Of a stretch of 64,000 nucleotides of DNA, positions 50,171 through 63,000 are shown in pieces; position 1 is the stretch's first letter; every line of letters starts with the position of its first letter. Location: NCBI GenBank assembly GCA_002269645.1, contig NIVC01000985.1:134587-198586 (forward strand), read 5' to 3'. The notes below the pieces were generated by a model, which saw only the letters and a program-made list of their open reading frames with translations, had not been told where the DNA came from and did no database searches. The stretch comes from Macrostomum lignano (taxonomy: Eukaryota). The translations under genes and the position numbers were made by a program.

Positions 50171-51089
50171 CAGTATAGATTGAGCTGCATCATGGCATTC
50201 CAGAAAATTTCGATGTGCAACTCGTACTCACAAGTAGGATGCTCTAAGAATCCAGATCCGAGAAGAACAAAATTGGCTTTTCAAGTTCAGCGAGGCTGTT
50301 TTACTTGCAAAGCGATTCTTTCCGAGTAAAATTATTAGTAACTTACCGAGTTATTAGTAAATTGAAGTAAAAGCTTATCTCACACTGGCTTGAGTCACTC
50401 CCTGAGTCCCCTGGACTACATTTCAGCCCGCAGCCAGTCCTGACTTACAACCGAGACAGAGACGGGTGAAGCATTATTGATTGTTTTGCGCTTTGTGCAT
50501 GAGTCTTGCTGGGCAGACCAGCTACCCACCCCCCCCCCCTCTAATACAGTTCGGTCAATACACCGAGCGTATACTGTGTCTATGCCCGCCACCATTCAGA
50601 AAATTGATCGCATAGTGCTCACAAGCTTCTCACTGAATAAAAAGATTAGAAAGGATTTGCGTCCATCAGATAATTGCCTTTTGAAGAATGAGGTTCAGAC
50701 AGAAAACTACAAAGTCAGATAGATGAGATAGTTATTAGTTATTATGCTAATGGAATTTTTCTAGGCTAGCTATTGTATTGCTACGGAGCAGATGTATTTT
50801 CTTGTGCAGCCAAGCGCACTCTAGGCTTCCTCTTCGATTTGTGCTATTTTTTTGAGTGACACTCCTGTCATGGAGCCCGGCAGGGGACAGAAGCTATTTA
50901 TTAGGTTACTAATTAAATCTCTGTAATCAATCAGTAAAGTGCGAGCTGCAAAGTTAACCAACAAACCAAATAGTTGGTGGGGCAATCAAAAACAGTCAAA
51001 AGGATTTGACAACTTTCCTGCCTAGATGATGCCACAGAAACAATAGATGAACCCTGAATGCAATTAGTCTCACGAACTGACTGGCTATT

Positions 51090-53600
51090 TGTCAGCTTGA
51101 TTGGCTATTTATCAACTTTATTGCTCTTTATCAGCTTGATTGGCTATTTATCAGCTTGATTGGCGTTTCATCAGCTTGATTGGCTATTTATCAGCTTGAT
51201 TGACTATTTATCAGCTTGATTGGCTTTTTATCAGCTTGATTGGCTCTTTGTCAGCTTGATTGGCTATTTATCAGCTTGATTGGCTATTTATCAGCTTGAT
51301 TGGCTATTTATCAGCTTGATTGACTATTTATCAGCTTGATTGGCTATTTATCAGCTTGATTGGCTCTTTATCAGCTTGATTGGCTCTTTATCAGCTTGAT
51401 TGACTATTTATCAGCTTGATTGGCTATTTATCAGCTTGATTGGCTCTTTATCAGCTTGATTGGCTCTTTATCAGCTTGGTTGGCTATTTATCAGCTTGAT
51501 TGACTATTTATCAGCTTGATTGGCTATTTATCAGCTTGATTGGCTATTTATCAGCTTGATTGGCTATTTATCAGCTTGATTGGCTCTTTATCAGCTTGAT
51601 TGGCTATTTATCAACTTGATTGGCTATTTATCAGCTTGATTGGCTCTTTATCAGCTTGATTGGCTCTTTATCAGATTGATTGGCTTTTTATCAGCTTGAT
51701 TGACTATTTATCAGCTTGATTGACTATTTATCAGCTTGATTGGCTCTTTATCAGCTTGATTGGCTCTTTATCAGCTTGATTGGCTATTTATCAGCTTGAT
51801 TGACTATTTATCAGCTTGATTGACTATTTATCAGCTTGATTGGCTCTTTATCAGCTTGATTGGCTCTTTATCAGCTTGATTGGCTCTTTATCAGCTTGAT
51901 TGACTATTTACCAGCTTGATTGGCTCTTTATCAGCTTGATTGACTATTTATCAGCTTGATTGGCTATTTATCAGCTTGATTGACTATTTACCAGCTTGAT
52001 TGACTATTTACCAGCTTGATTGACTATTTATCAGCTTGATTGGCTCTTTATCAGCTTGATTGACTATTTATCAACTTTATTGGCTTTTTATCAGCTTGAT
52101 TGGCTTTTTATCAGCTTGATTGGCTTTTTATCAGATTTATTGGCTTTTTATCAGCTTGATCGGCATTTCATCAGCTTGATTGGCTCTTTATCAGATTGAT
52201 TGACTATTTATCAGCTTGATTGGCATTTCATCAGCTTGATTGGCTTTTATCAGCTTAATTGGGTCTTTATCAGCTTGATTGACTTTTTATCAGCTTGACT
52301 GGCATTTCATCAGCTTGATTGACTATTTATCAGCTTGATTGGCTTTTTATCAGCTTGATTGACTTTTTATCAGCTTGATTGGCTTTTTATCAGATTTATT
52401 GGCTTTTTATCAGCTTGATCGGCATTTCATCAGCTTGATTGGCTCTTTATCAGATTGATTGACTATTTATCAGATTGATTGGCTTTTTATCAGATTTATT
52501 GGCTTTTTATCAGCTTGATTGGCATTTCATCAGCTTGATTGGCTTTTATCAGCTTAATTGGGTCTTTATCAGCTTGATTGACTATTTATCAGCTTGATCG
52601 GCATTTCATCAGCTTGATTGGCTCTTTATCAGCTTGATTGACTCTTTATCAGATTGATTGACTATTTATCAGCTTGATTGACTATTTATCAGCTTGATTA
52701 ACTATTTATCAGCTTGATTGGCTCTTTATCAGCTTGATTGGCTCTTTATCAGCTTGATTGACTATTTATCAGCTTGATTGGCATTTCATCAGCTTGATTG
52801 ACTCTTTATCAGCTTGATTGACTATTTATCAGCTTGATTGACTATTTACCAGCTTGATTGACTATTTACCAGCTTGATTGACTATTTATCAGCTTGATTG
52901 GCTCTTTATCAGCTTGATTGGCTCTTTATCAGCTTGATTGACTATTTATCAGCTTGATTGGCATTTCATCAGCTTGATTGACTCTTTATCAGCTTGATTG
53001 ACTCTTTATCAGCTTGATTGGCTCTTTATCATCTTGATTGGCTTTTTATCAGATTTATTGGCTTTTTATCAGCTTGATCGGCATTTCATCAGCTTGATTG
53101 GCTATTTACCAGCTTGATTGACTCTTTATCAACTTGATTGGCTTTTTATCAGATTTATTGGCTTTTTATCAGCTTGATCGGCATTTCATCAGCTTGATTG
53201 GCTCTTTATCAGCTTGATTGGCTCTTTATCAGCTTGATTGACTATTTATCAGCTTGATTGGCTCTTTATCAGCTTGATTGACTATTTATCAGCTTGATTG
53301 GCTCTTTATCATCTTGATTGGCTTTTTATCAGATTTATTGGCTTTTTATCAGCTTGATCGGCATTTCATCAGCTTGATTGGCTCTTTATCAGCTTGATTG
53401 GCTCTTTATCAGCTTGATTGACTATTTATCAGCTTGATTGGCTCTTTATCAGCTTGATTGACTATTTATCAGCTTGATTGGCTCTTTATCAGCTTGATTG
53501 GCTCTTTATCAGCTTGATTGACTATTTATCAGCTTGATTGACTATTTATCAACTTGATTGGCATTTCATCAGCTGGATTGGCTATTTGTCGGCTTGATCG
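51090..53600. repeat. Satellite, 20-bp unit TCAGCTTGATTG(G/A)CT(A/C/T)TTTA, about 125 copies
   Basis: Direct reading; lies between the divergent ABHD14 and DEG/ENaC start codons. Confidence 0.97.
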
Positions 53601-54165
53601 GGTTTTTTGGCTTATTTGATAGCTTATTGATCGGCTATTATGAACTGAAGCTCTGCAATCAGCCTACAGTTATCTGAGATTTTAGGATTTGGGGAGGAGC
53701 ATCCATTCCAGGTTCTGGTTCTGGGCCTCCTTGGTTGATTGTAGTGGACCAGACCATTAGTGCGCAGCTGCATTAAACTAATTTACTAGCCAGAAACCAA
53801 CACAATAGGGTTTTTCATTGCTCACATTTGCCGAGGAGAAGGGAGGGAGACTGAACTCTGCACTTAATGGGACAGCAGCTGCAGGGGGCAAATCAGAACT
53901 GACAGCGGATGCGACTCACCCCGGTGGCTTTCATCCAGCTTCCCATTGGACTGGGACAGCATTTGGGAAAAGACGTCTTCGCTCAAAATGGGATTTCTAA
54001 TAAAATATGCGTGCAGACAGACGCTAGCGAAATCGGTGCATGGAACTTTCTGGAATGCCTGTTTAGTTCTCTCCATAAGCTGTGGCCTAAGCTTAACGAG
54101 TGTTAACTGAGAAATTCTTCATCCCTTAGCCATTAGCTCGAAGTGGCGCTTTCTGAAAACCAACC

Positions 54166-54212
54166 ATGCAGGAGAGGCAAAATCACCAGAATCAACAGCA
54201 AAATGATGCTGG
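54166..54212 (+). CDS. DEG/ENaC channel, putative exon 1 (MQERQNHQNQQQNDAG)
   Basis: AACC-ATG context; donor GG|GTAAGG is phase 2 and matches the acceptor at 54761. Confidence 0.6.
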
Positions 54213-54359
54213 GTAAGGTGATCCTATCACTTTTGTTGTTGTGTCTTGACAGTACGTGAAAGAAGCATACAGACTACTTACTGATGTCATAAAATGGACA
54301 AGTTGTTCAAGATATTTTAAGCACTTCTGAATACCAACCAGTTAAACTATTTAGTGATA

Positions 54360-54727
54360 GCTTGGACTTGTGACCGCTTGGATTTGTGATCGCTTGGACT
54401 TGTGACCGCTTGGACTTGTGACCGCTTGGACTTGTGACCGCTTGGACTTGTGACCGCTTGGACTTGTGAACACATGGACTTGTGACCGCTTAGATTTGTG
54501 ACCGCTTGGATTTGTTACCGCTTGGACTTGTAAAGACGGATTTGTGACCGTTTGGACTTGTGACCGCTTAAACTTGTGAACACTTGGACTTGTGACCGTT
54601 TGAACTTGTGACCGCTTGGACTTGTGACCGCTTGGATTTGTGACCGCTTAGATTTGTGACCACTTGGATTTGTGAACGCTTGGACTTGTGAACGCTTGGA
54701 CTTATGAACACTTGGACTTGTGACCGT
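54360..54727. repeat. Minisatellite, 16-bp unit TTGGACTTGTGACCGC
   Basis: Direct reading; in DEG/ENaC intron 1. Confidence 0.94.
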
Positions 54728-54761
54728 TTTTGTTTTAATTGTGTTTTTTCTTATTTCTTAG

Positions 54762-55348
54762 GTTAACCAGTGATGAGACACCGAATGGTGAGACGCTGTC
54801 GTCTAGAGAGCAGCAGCAGCAGCAGCAGCAGCAATCCTACAACGGTCACTCCGGTTCTTCCGAACAACCAACGCGTCGCAAAGATGCTCTGCGCTTCTTC
54901 GCTGCCAGCACAACTGCCCACGGATTTCACAAGCTCAACCAGCCGACCAGAGGCCTCCAGCTGAGCTGGCTGGGTCTCATCACCTGCGCCTTCTGCGGCC
55001 TGGCTGTACACCTTTCCACCCTGGTGATCAAGTATTATGACGAGCCGATCACAACCAAGGTGGACCCAAAGGGCAGCAAGTTTGTCTACCCGGATGTGAC
55101 CGTTTGCAACAAGATGATGTTCGGCATTAGCAACATCATCAACCAGGAGCCCCCGTCTGGCGCCAGCTCCGACGGAGGGTACGCCTACAGCCTCAGGCCG
55201 GAGTTTCAACCGCTGTTCGAGGACATTCAAAAGGTGCGAGGCATACTGAACAGGACTGTGCGCCAGTACCTGATAGAGAACTTTGGAGCCTACGAATTGG
55301 ACCTTGATCTGCTAAGAGTGAAAGACGACACTGTATATAACCTGCCGA
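54762..55348 (+). CDS. DEG/ENaC channel, exon 2 (HG motif, TM1, post-TM1)
   Basis: FAASTTAHGF; TM1 SWLGLITCAFCGLAVHLSTLV; YPDVTVCN. Acceptor TTCTTAG|, donor A|GTAAGT. Confidence 0.9.
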
Positions 55349-56949
55349 GTAAGTTTCCATTGGAGACTTGAAAAATTTCTTTCAAGGCTGTTTGAAAGGA
55401 AACATCAGGCCTACTTAAGACTTCTCGCCTAATCTCCCCAAAACTAATTGATGTAGCTTGCCTTCAAGGGTAATTACAACAGTATTAGGACTTAGGATTG
55501 ATGAAAGTCCATTATCATGGAAAGAATCGGTACCTATAATGAGAAAATTTCGATGAACTGCCTTTCCATTGCGCTAAAGAGTGTCAATTTAATCAGTTTA
55601 ATGCGCGATTCTGGCTCAGGCCAGACGCGGGAACAAGCATTGCCTTGGGGGAAAATGCAATCTATTATGAACTCAAATGAGCCTTGAGTTGAACTATACT
55701 AAACTCGATTTAGTCCGCACAAGTCCGATTGTGAGCTATATTGAGGCCTCTCTTAGTTCAGAAGGGTTTCTTCAGAGTACTGAGTACTTTTCTAGTTGAA
55801 ATGAAGCCAGAATTTTCCAGCAAAAAGAACATTTAAAAATCAGGAAGTTTCCTGCGGATATTATTCACAGGAGCGGTCCCAGCCTTTGCTGGAATCTGGC
55901 AATAAACAGTTTTTAGATGGACCAAATGCGTGCAGATTGGGGCATAGAAATGGAATAGGAGCACCGCGTATGCGACTAGTCTTTACGGAGTATTCTGGGC
56001 TTAGTCCCGAGGAAAAAAGTTGGGTTACCTCCCGAGGAAGCTTCCGGAATACTCGTAATAAAAACTAAGATTACTGAAGAGTTCTCTCTGGTGAAACTTT
56101 CTCTGGCTACAGTTCGACGCACAACGTACTTACTGAGCTGCTTCGAGCGTGCATTCGAGGGTACGAGCTCAAATGAGACGGTGAGACCAAGTGAATATGA
56201 AAATTTAGTGAGAGGCTGAGTAAAAGCATTGCAAACCCGAAATGGCGAGATGTTTTCGAGAAATTAGTCATTGGAAAGGGAGCTGTGCCTTTATGAATTT
56301 TATAAATCCTCCGGGTTCAAGGATTCAAAAACAGAATTTCATTATCCTTTTTGCTTTTATTATCTTGACGCCTCGCCAAGAAACAAAATGAAACGAAATG
56401 ATTGATCAAGTCCAAATGAAAGATATTACGATGGTCTCCTCTAAGAAATTTCCCCTGGGAGCGGACAACAAAATCCCTATTAAATTAATAAGGCCATGAG
56501 GCTATGCAGGCAAGGTTTACCCGGCTCCCAGGTGCGAATGTACTGTCTTCTTTTTTCTATTATACTGATGGTTTCCACCATAATTTTGCACTATGCCTAC
56601 GAGTACAGCTACGATTCTTTAGCAGGAAAGTGATTCGAAACTAAAACAGTACTTTTACGAGTATATGCTGGCTTTTGGTTTTAGCATTTAGAATTCCGTG
56701 AGAAATCGGATCCGGTTTCTTGGACAATGACTGGAGATTTCAGTGGGTATCAAAGTAAATATAGATGACATTCCGGCCCAATTGATCGCTGTGTGCGTGA
56801 CACTGTTAAAACTAAGCTCGTTTTACAGTTTCCATAGTTAAACCTGAGAGTTTTATTTTGACTCACTACATCACTCTAGCTCCTTTTGGATGGATTGATG
56901 ATGAGTGCGTCAATGGCAGAAAAGCACGAGTTCAGTATACTGAATAAAA

Positions 56950-57000
56950 CTAGGGATGGAAAAATGGAATACTAGGGACGAATACTACCACAGACACAAA
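56950..57000 (+). repeat. Short dispersed repeat; second copy at about 58055-58100
   Basis: ACTAGGGATGGAAAAA...GAATACTACCACAGACA occurs in DEG/ENaC introns 2 and 3. Confidence 0.7.
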
Positions 57001-57568
57001 CAGAGCCCCCACATACTAACATTAAGAAGTTTTATCAAAATGCTGCGCTTATCAAAATGATTGACTATGTAAGAGGGCCCCCTCTCTCTCTGGTATGAAT
57101 CTGACCAGAGCTGCAGCAGTCGATCGGATAAGGTCTAGGTAGACAAATTAACTTAATTTTTAGGGCTGGCTGTGCACGGAAGGGGGTGTCAGACTGAGAG
57201 GCGCGGCTAAGGGTAAAAATATTTTATGGCAGACGCAGCGAGGGCTTGGGGGGGGTGGGTCTAGGTGGGTCTAACGATCGATAATTGATGGCTGTGAAAT
57301 GTACAGTAAGCGAGACGGCCTGAAGAAGTTCATTACATTCCACCATAGTATACTCTTGAATAAATCGCACGAATAACATCCTGCACGCATAAGTGTGCAG
57401 GAATGAAATCTTGCACGCGCGCGTGGTCAATCGACAATGGGCCTCCTGACTGCATGCTTACTCACTGGCTGTGCAACTTGCCAATTTAACTAACTAAACT
57501 GCTGCGGAACTGCGGAAAAAACAACAAAAGCACTGCAAGAGTAGTGTTTTCCCCCCACCACCCCACAG

Positions 57569-57987
57569 ACCTTGTGATCCGGGACACCTACGGCATGTCG
57601 CGAGTGTCCCAGTACGCCCCCCAAGCCAGCCAGATGCTTCTTCGCTGTTCCTTTGGCAGCCTGGCCTGCGACTATCGCGACTTTACGCACCTGACTCTGC
57701 CAGCGTATGCTTCTTGTCTGAGCTTCAGCACGGCAAAGTTCGTCAGCCGACGACCCGGCACCGACGTCAGCAATCTCAACGAGCTGCACTTGGTGCTGTT
57801 CGCCGACGCGGCCTCTCAAGAGCCGGCGGTCACCGCCGTTTTGGCCAAATTGCCTGGCGATATCTTCAACATGCAGACCAATGGCGGCGCGGTGGTCTTT
57901 GTGCACGAGCCCGGTACTTATCCGACAAACGGACAGTCAGTCGAGGCTTCCTGCAATCAGGAGACAGTAGTGGATGTCCGCTATCAG
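57569..57987 (+). CDS. DEG/ENaC channel, exon 3
   Basis: Acceptor CCCCACAG|AC completes phase 1. QMLLRCSFGSLACDYRDF...CLSF; GGAVVFVHEPGTYP. Donor CAG|GTCTGT. Confidence 0.88.
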
Positions 57988-58412
57988 GTCTGTCATTTGG
58001 CTTCCCTCAGCTTAGCTTAAGACAATAGTCTTCATGAGGGCATTCAGGGACTACTGAATACTAGGGATGGAAAAACTATCGAATACTACCACAGACAAAC
58101 TCACTGACTTACAACGTTAACCTATCCAAGCAATGCTCTTCGAGGACTAAGTTATTAATAGATCGGCCTCCAACTTTCGTAGTTTCCGGTATTCAGTAAT
58201 CCCTGGGGCATAAAGCATGCCTCTTGATGACGCTTTTACGAGCTGACCAAAAGCTTAATTGTTAGTGAGAACGCTGGTCTTTCGACTGTTGATACTCTTT
58301 TTCTATCTTTGTTTTATGTGATTTTTTTGCGATTTTTCGCACTATATGGAAATTGACAAAATATTTTTCTGTAAACCATCCTAAACGCATTGCTCAATGA
58401 AAAATTATCCAG

Positions 58413-58703
58413 GAGTACTCAGCGAAGAACCGTCGCAAAGAATCCTGCCTCTCTGAAGCAGACGCCGGAACCACTGAGCAGTACATGATAATTCAGGACG
58501 GACAACCCACATTGGCGGAGTTCTCAAGTCAACCCCTGGATTGTCGCATCCGGGTGGCCCAGCAGGTGCTGCTAGAGACCTGCGGCTTCATCGATCCCAG
58601 TCTGCCAATTAGCGACGAGTTTCTACTTAAGCCGCGACGGGCGAATTTGTCGCGACTGATCGACGGCATCGTGAGCTCTAATCCGGGAAAAGTCATCGAC
58701 GAG
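58413..58703 (+). CDS. DEG/ENaC channel, exon 4 (thumb)
   Basis: Acceptor TCCAG|GAG, phase 0. DCRIRVAQQVLLETCGFIDPSLP. Donor GAG|GTACAT. Confidence 0.8.
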
Positions 58704-58863
58704 GTACATGCGCTGGGTGAATTACAATCTGCTGGATTATTGATGCCTTGTCGTTTCTTCGTAGCTCTTACTAATATATATTCATAGATTCCTGCCATTA
58801 GAAGTCAATAATTATTGATTTTAAAAGTTGAATATACTCTAATCAACATTGATAACATTGTAG

Positions 58864-59643
58864 GTCATTGCAGCATTCGAATCAGTATGGGGCAACGCGT
58901 CCTCCGCTGAGAATGCATCTGTCTACCGCCAGCTGCCGGCTGTGCTGGAACGCCTGCTTGATAACGAGACCTGCCTGCGACGTGCTCGGATCCTGGCGAG
59001 CAATGACAGCCGCCTCTCCAGCTGTTTGAACCGCTGCGTCAGCCGAGCCTATTCAGCCGACTTCATGTCCAACAGTTGGCCAGTGGCAAGCGTTGAATTC
59101 CTTCGTCCGCTAGTGCAGCGCTGGCTGCAGTCGAATGTCTACTATTTGAACAACTCATCAACGGGCTTCGGTGGTGGCGTCAACACTGAGTTCGTTCGAC
59201 GCACCAACTGGAACTTGTACTCCGCTTACAACACGATAGGTAGCGGCGAAGCTCTTAAAAACCTTCTGTCTCTGCGAATACGAGTTGGGGACGCACAGGG
59301 CCTTGGCCTGCGCACCGAGGAGAGCTGGGGCTACGAGATCTATGACCTGCTGTCTGACATTGGCGGCATACTGGGCCTCTACCTGGGCATGAGTCTGCTC
59401 ACCCTGTGCGAGATGGCCGAGCTGCTGCTTCAACTGTCCGCCTTTACGCGGATCGCCCGGTCGCAGGGAGCCACTCGAACGACAACCGAGAGCGCTGGCA
59501 GAGTCAACACCGGCCTCGACCTCGAGTTTGACGTTGAGCCAGGCCACAGGCCAACTGAAGCAGAGACCGGAGCTCAGTCTATTGTGCCTCCAGTGCCTAA
59601 GCAGCAGTTGCAGAACAGAAACTTCAGCAGAACCCAAGTTTAA
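58864..59643 (+). CDS. DEG/ENaC channel, exon 5 (TM2, stop); joined protein about 707 aa
   Basis: Acceptor TTGTAG|GTC, phase 0. YEIYDLLSDIGGILGLYLGMSLLTLCEMAEL. Confidence 0.9.
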   Translation, partial: VIAAFESVWGNASSAENASVYRQLPAVLERLLDNETCLRRARILASNDSRLSSCLNRCVSRAYSADFMSNSWPVASVEFLRPLVQRWLQSNVYYLNNSSTGFGGGVNTEFVRRTNWNLYSAYNTIGSGEALKNLLSLRIRVGDAQGLGLRTEESWGYEIYDLLSDIGGILGLYLGMSLLTLCEMAELLLQLSAFTRIARSQGATRTTTESAGRVNTGLDLEFDVEPGHRPTEAETGAQSIVPPVPKQQLQNRNFSRTQV

Positions 59644-60036
59644 GCTTCTTTCCAAGGGTTTTTCAAACTAAGTCCACAATTATTTAGAAACGCAAAGCTA
59701 CGATAACTACGAGTACAATAGCTTCTGTGAGTTAGCTAACAAGGCTATTTTGCAATGGAAAGTATTTGAGCGGCGTCCCGTTGATGCAATTATTTTTTTA
59801 TTGCGTAATAACAATAATGGTAATAAATGATTACACCTGCCCTAATGGCCAGATGTGCAACTGACAGCTCAGCCGCAGCTATTGCGCGGCGCATCTGAAG
59901 GCTGCGTACAGATGTACGGACTTGACTTACTTGACTTAGCTGCAGGGGGCGTCCGGCGGATGCAGCGGGGAGGCGGAGGAGACCGCCCATTCCGCTAGCC
60001 CCTGGCGACCAATGACTTCCGTTGAAGTGAAGTCGC

Positions 60037-63000
60037 TCAGGGGGACCCGTCGGTCTCGCCTGCAGCGCGATCCTCCTCACCGACAGTGGGGAAGAAATCG
60101 GCTCGTCCCGTGTCCCTGAGGTACCGGGCGAGCAACGGGATGCTCTCGGGCCTGCAAACGTTGGAGAGAACCGGGTTTGGCTCGAGGTGAGTGAGCCTGG
60201 CCCTGGTGAAAACCGGGCAGTGGCAGATAAAATTCTCGGCGTTTTCACTGCCTGAGCGGCAGAAGGGGCACCGCTCCTCGGGTACCTGGCCCTGAAGGAA
60301 GCGGTGGCGAGAGAAGCAGCCATGCCCGGAGAGGGCCATGCTAACTGCTCTGAGGTCTCTGCGGTTGAGCCTGAGGAGGGCTCTACGCAGGAGAGGGGAG
60401 GGGCAGGGGACGGCCGCCCGGGATTGCCTACAATTCCGGGTGTCGTGCCACCTGCGGAGATGCTCGGAGTCAGCCCAGCGCTTAACGCGGGAGTTGATCA
60501 CCGAGGCGGGGATGGGGGCCCCCGGGCCCGGCCCCAGCAGCGCGCCGGCGGAGCCAGCCTTGGCCAGCAGGTCGGCGCGCTCGTTGCCGAGGAAACCGGC
60601 GTGGCCCGGGATCCATCTGAGCTCTACCTGGTTGCCTAGCGCAAGCCCGTTGAGCTGGGTGTTGCAGTCCAGGACAGACCTGGAGCTGGTGGTGCAGCGG
60701 CAGAGGGCCCGAAGGGCTGCTTGGCTGTCAGAGTGAAAAATAAGCTTCCGACCGCTAAGCTGCCTTCGGCGCAGTTCTGCCGCGCAGGAGCTGATGGCAA
60801 GCACCTCGCTCTGAAAAACACTGGAGTTGAGCCCAGTGTGCTGGGAGTAGCTCCACGCCACTTCTCCCTTGAAGAAGACGCACGCTCCGAAGCCTGAAAG
60901 ACCATGCTTCATAGAGCCGTCAGTGTAACAGTGGACTTCAGAATCGCTCCAGCTGTCACTCGCCTCATGTCGAGGCTGAATAGTGACCTTATACCTTTGG
61001 CTCAGGAGAAGGGTGGCTGGGATCGAGTCCGAGAGGATGTTGAGCCCGCCACATTCTTCTAGAGCCTTGAGGCAGAGGTCAGAGTGCGGGATAAGCGACC
61101 GCTTCTTAAAGGCCCGCACTTTCTTGAAGGCCACCCCAGCATCCAGAAGACGCCGGGTGCTCTTCGCCGCCTCTCCTTTGATATAAATATCCAGAGGAGG
61201 GGTGCAGAGGAAGGCATTCATGCCTTCAAAAGGAGTAGAGGGTGGAGCGCCCATAGTCATGCGGCAGGCTCTGCCCTGGATTTTGTAGAGAGCGTCGAGG
61301 TTACTCTTGACGCCCAGACCGCTAGCCCACACGAGGCTGGCGTAACTGATCGAGGGGCGGATGATTGCAGTGTAAATCCACCACAGCTTCCTGGGGGTGA
61401 GCCCCCAGGTGGTGCCCACGGCGCGCCTGATCTGAGCCAGGACAGCCAGGGCTTTTTTGGCTTTAGTTTGAGTGTGCGGAGTCCAGTTGAGCCTGTGGTC
61501 CAGAGTGAGGCCCAGGCAGCGGACCTGCTTCTCCATGGAAATGTTCTTTCCATAGAGGGTGAGGGGCTTAATGGTCCAGAGCAGTTTGTTGGTAAACATG
61601 ACCGCTGTGGTCTTCGACTCTGAGAGTCTAAGACCACATTGGTTTGCCCAACGCTCCGCTCGTCCCAGAAAGCCCTGCAGAAGATCTCTGATGGTGTCAA
61701 CCGAGGGGCCCGCGCAGATCGCGGTCACGTCATCGGCATAGCCCACCTTGAGAATGGGGTCGTGGAGATCACTGCAAAGCAGCTCATCCATGACCATGTT
61801 CCAGAGAACGGGGGTGAGAACTCCGCCCTGGGGCCCCCTTTTTGGACAGGCGCCGAAAGAGAGCTGCCGTTCAGGTGGGCCACAACAGTGCGGTTCCGGA
61901 TCATGAACATGATCCACCGGACAAGGTGAGGGTGCGTGGCCCTGGATTCCAGGGCTCTGCAAAAGGCCTCGAAGATGACGTTGTCGAAGGCCCCTCAATG
62001 TCCAGAAAAAGCGAGAGGGCAAAGCCGCTGCCAAGAACGGCCCTCTCCAGGAAGTCAACAATGACATGGAGGGCACTCTCGGTAGACCTGCCCGCGCGGA
62101 AGGCGTCCTGGTTCTGCGAGAGTGGGAAGCGCTTCAGCTCGACTGAAAGTAGGCGCCAGAGCACCAGTCTCTCGAGGAGCTTGAGGCAGAAAGAAGTGAG
62201 GCTGATAGGCCTGAAGGCCTTCACCGATTGGTGATCGCTCTTTCCAGGCTTGGGGATAAAGACCACCCGGGCCTCTCTCCACGCAACTGGTACATAGCCC
62301 AGTTCCACACAAGCTCGGAGGAGACGACAGAGGAGGTCCAGAAAGCGGTGGTTTTTCGCCGCCTCGTGCAAGAACGCTGGGTAGATGCCGTCGGGCCCAG
62401 GCGCCTTGAACGGGTTAAAGGACCTTGCCGCTCTAATAATGCGGTCTTTGGTGATTATAGACTTTGCTAGGCCTTGCCCTCCCACTGTGTGGTCAGGCGG
62501 GCCCTGCTGAGTCGGAGATTTAGGGAAGAAACTGTTGAGCATTAGCTCCAGAGTCTCTTCAGAGCTCCCTGTGACCGAGCCGTCAGGTCTCTTTACAACA
62601 GAGAGTTTAGAAAAACGGTCATTCGTGAGTGCCTTAACCACGCGGGCTACGGGGCGAGAGCCCTCAAGCCCTTCGCAGTATTGGCGCCACTTGGCCATCT
62701 TGGCCCTTCTGACTTGGCCCTTAAACTCGTGGATCGCACGGGTATAGGCCTCTCTGTCAGATGGGTCTTTGGTTTTGAGCGCTCGCCTTTGGAGGGTCCT
62801 GGCTCGGCGCCGAAGGGCCCCGAGCTCTGGGTTCCACCAGGGAGCAGATTTCTTGCCTTTATAGGCTTTTAGAGGGCAGGCTGCTTCAAAGGCAGTGGTG
62901 ATCGCCCCACTCAGGGAGAGGCGAGATCATCCACCACCTGGCAGTCAGAGAGGTCACTGGGGGGTCAAGATCCCGAAGGCCGCGGCTCAGCTTCGAGCCA

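Noticed and set aside
1-53600. Tandem arrays as CRISPR arrays or repeat proteins (ORFs 2727, 24223, 28578, 29903, 31897, 34194, 42886, 43791, 45097, 46762-48123, 49893)
   Set aside because: Head-to-tail units without unique spacers, no cas genes, eukaryotic context. The ORFs are frame-cycling translations of repeats.
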